DNA of 57,806 nt, the filler included, from Diploschistes diacapsis (lineage: Eukaryota), in the NCBI GenBank assembly GCA_023645945.1. It is 6 parts of 6 records of this genome, joined end to end, with 100 filler letters (N's around TTAATTAATTAA, not from the genome) between each part and the next. Parts side by side here need not be neighbours in the genome. Positions count along the whole stretch, not along the records: positions 48,266 to 57,806 come from JALAIB010001029.1; 5 more parts are not named here. The stretch is one strand, 5' to 3'. The number at the start of each line of letters is the position of its first letter. The first letter of the stretch is position 1. This document shows, in pieces, positions 55,628-57,806 of the stretch. A program made the translations under genes and the position numbers. The notes under the pieces are model-generated. The model was not told the DNA's origin. It made no database searches and worked only from the letters and a program-made list of their open reading frames with translations.

Positions 55628-57806
55628 GGTTATAAGCCCGGAGCGACTATTCCTATTTAGGCAACATTAGTACGAAATATCTACTTTTAGATCATAACAC
55701 CCTGGGGTCATTTAATCCACTTTTTCACACGCTAGTCCCCATTCGGCAAAATAGGCGATTCAGTTATAAAGATCTCCAAGTTACGCGGCAGCGATAATTG
55801 AAATATCTGATCAATACGGATAAAAGTCGTACTAATCGAAAAAAGGTATTATAACGTCATGATCGACAGTCCAATATCGCTTAAATTCGCCGATATACCC
55901 GAGCGGGAAACAATGAACCGAAAAACGCTAGCCTATATTAGGCTAAATCTCGAAGATGGATCCCTACTATAGATCCGAAATGCTACCGAACCGAAAAAGG
56001 CATAGAACACCCTGAAAGAGCTTTATCAGCTAAAGGGGTTTAGCTCGGAAATATTATTGTATAAACAATTATTCGAAACGACGCTTGCCAAAAAGGGAAA
56101 GATGGAAGCTTATATTAATTAGATTAAGTAATTAATAGATGATTTATCGGCACGGAATATTATTATTTCGAACAAGGTTATAGTCGTTTGGATCTTGAAT
56201 AATCTTATTGAAGATTACGAAGGATTGATAGCGATGATTATTTAGTAGATTCAGAACAACAATTCTCCTGATATTGAGTTAAATATTTTTTTTTTTTAAT
56301 TAATCGACGAATCGGTGCGGCTGAAGATAAAAAAGGGCGATATCGATACCGAAATGGCGTTAGTTAGTCGACCGATAAACGCTGGCCGATCAATAAACGT
56401 TAATCGATTAATAAGCGATAGCCGTCAAGTAACTAGCGTTGATCCAAAAAAGGAGGTCAAAAAATACCCTACCTGTAAAAAACCTGGACATGACACCAAT
56501 GATTGCTGGAAAAAACATTTTGAAAAAAGATTAAAACGCGTTAAGCCGGATTTAGAAACCACGTTAGTCTCGCTTATCTCGTTAGAGGATACTAAGTTTA
56601 ATTCGGAAGTTAGTTTCTTTTTTTCCGATTAAATAGACTGGATTCTTGATTTAGTAGTTATTTCGTATATCTATTCGAATTTATCGGTTTTTGAATCATT
56701 CGAATTATGTGATTTAGTCTTACGGTGGGGCTAGGTAGCCTAGATTAAAATCCTTGGCGTCGGAATAATAAAGTTCCGGATCAAATCTATTAATCGGATT
56801 CTTCGATTAACGAATTGTAAATACGCGTCGGATTTAGGAATAAATCTTATTTTCGTTACCGCGTTACGCGAAAAAGGCGCGATAATTCTTTTAGATAGCG
56901 ATTATTGTTATGTTTATTTTAATAGGTTGTTAGTAAAAGGTATTTATTTAAATAACTTGATTGTTATCTTTATTGAATTAATGGCAAAAAAGGATATCGC
57001 TTTTGTTAGCCAGGATTTAGTTAGTAAAGAGATTTGGCACCAGCGAATGGGACACATCGGTTCCCCAGCCCTAGAACACCTGCCTAAACAGGCAATAGGT
57101 GTTAATTTCGCTAAATCGTCCAATTAGGAGCCTTGTACAACATGCATACAGGCCAAAGCGACGAAGAAGATATCCAAGAAGCTATCAGAGCTTCAAACTG
57201 CCTATTTAGGATTAGTGTATTCGGATATATACGGCCCGATATTACCGAAAATATTCTCGGGATGTTAATATTTCGCCATATTTCTCGATTCGGTTATTAA
57301 ATATACCGAAATAGCGCTCATAAATTAGAAAAGTAACGTCATTAAGATGATTAAGGATTATATTATAAAAGCAAAGAATTAATTAGATTATAGGATTAAA
57401 CGCTTTTATTCTGATAACGCGTTGGAATATAAAAGCAAGGCGATAACTAGTTATTTCGCCGAAAAAGGGATAATAGCTACTTATTCCGTTCCTTACTCGC
57501 CGGAACAAAATGGTTCCGCCGAAAGATTAAATCTGATCTTATTAAATAAAATTAGATCGCTATTAATTCAGTCTAAAATTAATAAGTACTTTTAAGGGGA
57601 GGCGCTAATTACCGCGACTTATTTATATAATCGAACATCATATTCGGCTATTAATTACGATACTTCCTATCTTTAAAAAATAAATAGTTTGTTTAATCTG
57701 AAACATATTCGGATATTCGATTTATTAATTTATCGGACCGAGCCACATAAATCGAAGCTAGATCTTAGAATAAAACCTTACTTATTATTAGGATATAGAT
57801 TTAATC
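55628..57806 (+). mobile_element. RIP-inactivated Ty1/copia gag-pol (gag, protease, GAG-pre-integrase, integrase), truncated by window end
   Basis: KLRGSDN*NI*SIR (gag), YPTCKKPGHDTNDCW (zinc knuckle, first Cys>Tyr), WILD (protease), WHQRMGH, LVYSDIYGP, SDNALEY, PYSPEQNGSAERLN; copia domain order; many TAA/TAG/TGA at Trp/Gln positions. Confidence 0.95.

Noticed and set aside
38620..57806. One large Starship-like island spanning the last two segments
   Set aside because: The segments are separate size-sorted contigs, and no DUF3435 tyrosine-recombinase captain is recognisable.

Overview
Filamentous ascomycete (Pezizomycotina-type) nuclear DNA. It is not one locus. Five identical 100-nt spacers (N44-TTAATTAATTAA-N44) join six contigs of 9558, 9558, 9556, 9547, 9546 and 9541 bp. 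This is a size-sorted concatenation, so adjacency across gaps is not biological. Contigs 1-4 mostly carry intron-containing housekeeping genes: RPL6, RPN13, CAF40/NOT9, KIN1, a GPATCH1-like gene, MGS1, RPL23, MET6, an ECM25-like RhoGAP, MRPL40 and a steroid 5-alpha-reductase 5' end. They also carry decayed accessory genes (an acyltransferase-3 pseudogene and possible HET, ankyrin and HNH remnants). Contigs 5-6 are accessory, repeat-rich DNA: RIP-like AT-rich blocks with two solo LTRs, an MFS transporter, an orphan protein with a divergent C-terminal chromodomain, and a RIP-inactivated Ty1/copia element whose ~514-bp composite LTR is duplicated head-to-head. The most novel-looking item is an intronless ORF (40720-42859) built from five diverged ~75-110-aa repeats with a SUKH/US22-like pattern, apparently joined to an acidic tail by a 1-nt frameshift. 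All family assignments come from motif recognition by eye; no database search was run.
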